From Lama guanicoe (lineage: Eukaryota): 64,000 nt of DNA. The notes below the pieces were generated by a model, which was not told the origin of the DNA, made no database searches, and was given only the letters and a program-made list of their open reading frames with translations. Where the stretch lies: positions 1,426,001 to 1,490,000 of the forward strand of contig MU053304.1 in the NCBI GenBank assembly GCA_013239625.1. The letters are read 5' to 3'. A program made the translations under genes and the position numbers. This document shows, piece by piece, positions 61,787-64,000 of the stretch (position 1 is its first letter; the number at the start of each line of letters is the position of its first letter).

Positions 61787-62717
61787 CAGGGAGAGGCAGC
61801 TATTGGCTGCCACCTTACCTCCAGGGCGCTGAGCATGGCTTCCCATGGCTCCAGCCAGACTCCCCCCAGAACGTGCGCCTGGGAATTTCTGAAGGAGGAG
61901 AGAACTCAAACATCTGAAAGGGAGAAAGGCTTCCCTTCCTGGACGCTCACCGTCAGTCAGTGAGTGTCTGCCAAGACCCGGGCCAGTATCTGACTTACTG
62001 CCAATGAGAAGAGCTCATTAGCTGAGAACAAACTTCAGAAATGATTTCCAGCATGAGTGGCTCCCGGCAGAAGGCCAGTGAGAAAAAGTGGATACTTCCA
62101 GAATGGCCCTTCAAACCCTTCCCAGATGATCAGACCTTCTCCTCTTCCACAGTAAACATGTCACCTTCTCTTTAAACATGTCTTCCCCTTTGCTCTAATT
62201 GTAGCTTTACTTCTTTGGTATTTTAACAGTCAATCTAGTCTGTGAAGCTCCTGTGATCCCATCTGTTCTCCTCCTCCAAGCAGGCAGGAAGGAAGGGAGG
62301 GAACTGGTGTTTGCTGAACATCAGGCACTTGACAGCAAGAATAAGCACTGAGTAAATATTAGCTGTGGTTGTTAACCTTCTGGAAGCAGCTCCCAGAGGC
62401 GACGTGGAGAACCAGGTGAAATCACAAAGCCTCTGAAGATACACCCCTTCTGACAACAGAAGGACTACACATTTTTCTAGTGAGTACTTTCCCAGGCAGT
62501 TAAACTTTGAGTGTTAATCTGCCTTTTTTTTTTTATAAAAAGGGAAATTCTCTAGCTTCCTTCCCCAATTTTTTATAATCAGAACTCTGATCTTCTAAGC
62601 GCTCCTAGGATTCCTTAATCTAGAGACCCACAACCTTGTTTTAATAAAAACTTGACCTATTCTAAACTACTTAATGCTCAAAAACACTTCTTAAAAAGCA
62701 ACGTGTACCACACACCT

Positions 62718-64000
62718 ACAGTCAATTAATCTTTGACAAAGGAGGCAAAAATATACAATGGAGAGAAGACAGTCTCTTCAGCAAGTGATGTTGAGTAAGC
62801 TGAACAGACCCATGTAAATCAGTGAAGTTAGAACACTCTCTCACACCATGTACAGAAATAAACTCAAAATGGCTTAAAGACTTAAATATAAGACAGGACA
62901 CCAGAAAACTTCTAGAAGAGACCATAGACAAAACATTCTCTGACATAAATTGTAGCAAGACTTTCTCAAATCAGTGTCCCAAGGCAAAAGAAATAAAAGG
63001 AAAAATAAACAAATGGGACCTAATCAAACTAATAAGCTTTTGCACAACAAAGGAAACCATAAGCAAAATGAAAAGACAACCTACAGACTGGGAGAAAATA
63101 TTTGCAAATGATGCAACTAACAAGGGCTTAATTTCCAAAATACACAAACAGTTCATACAACTCAATAACAAAAAAAAAAATGGGCAGAAGACCTAAACAG
63201 ACATTTCTCCAGTGAAGACATACAGATGGCAAATAGGTACATGAAAAGATGCTCAATATCACTAATTATCAGAGAAACGCAAATCAAAACTACAGTGAGG
63301 TATCGCCTCACATCAGTCTGAATGGCTATCACCAAAAAATCTACAAATAGTAAGATGCTGGAGAGGGTGTGAAGAAAAACGAACCCTTTTTACACTGTTG
63401 GTGGGAATTTAAATTGATGCAACCACTATGGAGAACAGTGTAGAGATTCCTTAAAAACTAAAATAGAGTTACCAAATGAGCCTGCAATCCTACTGTTAGG
63501 CATGCATACGGAAAAGATGAAAATTCTAATTCAAAAAGATACGTATACCCCAATGCTCACAGCAGCACTATTTACAATAGCCAAGACATGGAAGCAACCT
63601 AAGAGTTTTAAGTAATAAAATAGAATTTTTATTGACCTATATTTGATTTACAAGTGAATGGATAAAGATGTGGTGTGTGTGGAATATTATGCAGTCATAA
63701 AAAAGAATGAAATAATACCATTTACAGCAACATGAATGGACCTAGAGATTATCATATTAAGTGAAGTCAGACAGAGAAAGACAAATATCATATAATATCA
63801 TTTATATGTGGAATTTAGAAAAGTGATAAAATTAAGTTATTTACAAAACAGAAATAGACTCACAGACATAGAACACAAATTTATGGCTACCAAAAGGGAA
63901 ATGGGGGAGGGGTAAAGTAGGAATTTGGGGTTAACATATATACACTACTATATACAAAACTATATACATAATATATACTATATTAAAAAAATTAAAAAAA
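62718..64000 (+). mobile_element. L1 ORF2 C-terminus plus 3'UTR and A-rich tail
   Basis: Peptide [18 protein letters not shown]...[36 protein letters not shown], followed by 3'UTR and A-tail. Confidence 0.93.

Overview
Mammalian genomic DNA, most likely a camelid, judged from six copies of a tRNA-derived SINE resembling camelid Vic-1. The first 35 kb (+ strand) hold an essentially complete SP110 nuclear-body gene. It has an interferon-type promoter (~425-495) and 19 coding exons I could splice by hand into a ~701 aa protein (HSR/CARD-like - repeated acidic/basic linker - SAND - PHD - bromodomain). Two ancestral linker exons look disabled by splice-site mutations, the linker module is tandemly duplicated, and a short SP110b-like 3' end is possible. 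About 18 kb downstream, on the opposite strand, is an intact single-exon 304 aa 7-TM orphan receptor with olfactory-receptor-like motifs and no DRY motif. It is probably the Csprs/GPR148-related 'type 2 OR-like' gene. The rest is ordinary mammalian repeats (L1, L2, MIR, MaLR/ERV LTRs, an ERVL pro-pol remnant, hAT DNA transposons) plus one 177-N assembly gap. Comparisons with human and mouse proteins and with repeat consensi are from memory, not database searches.
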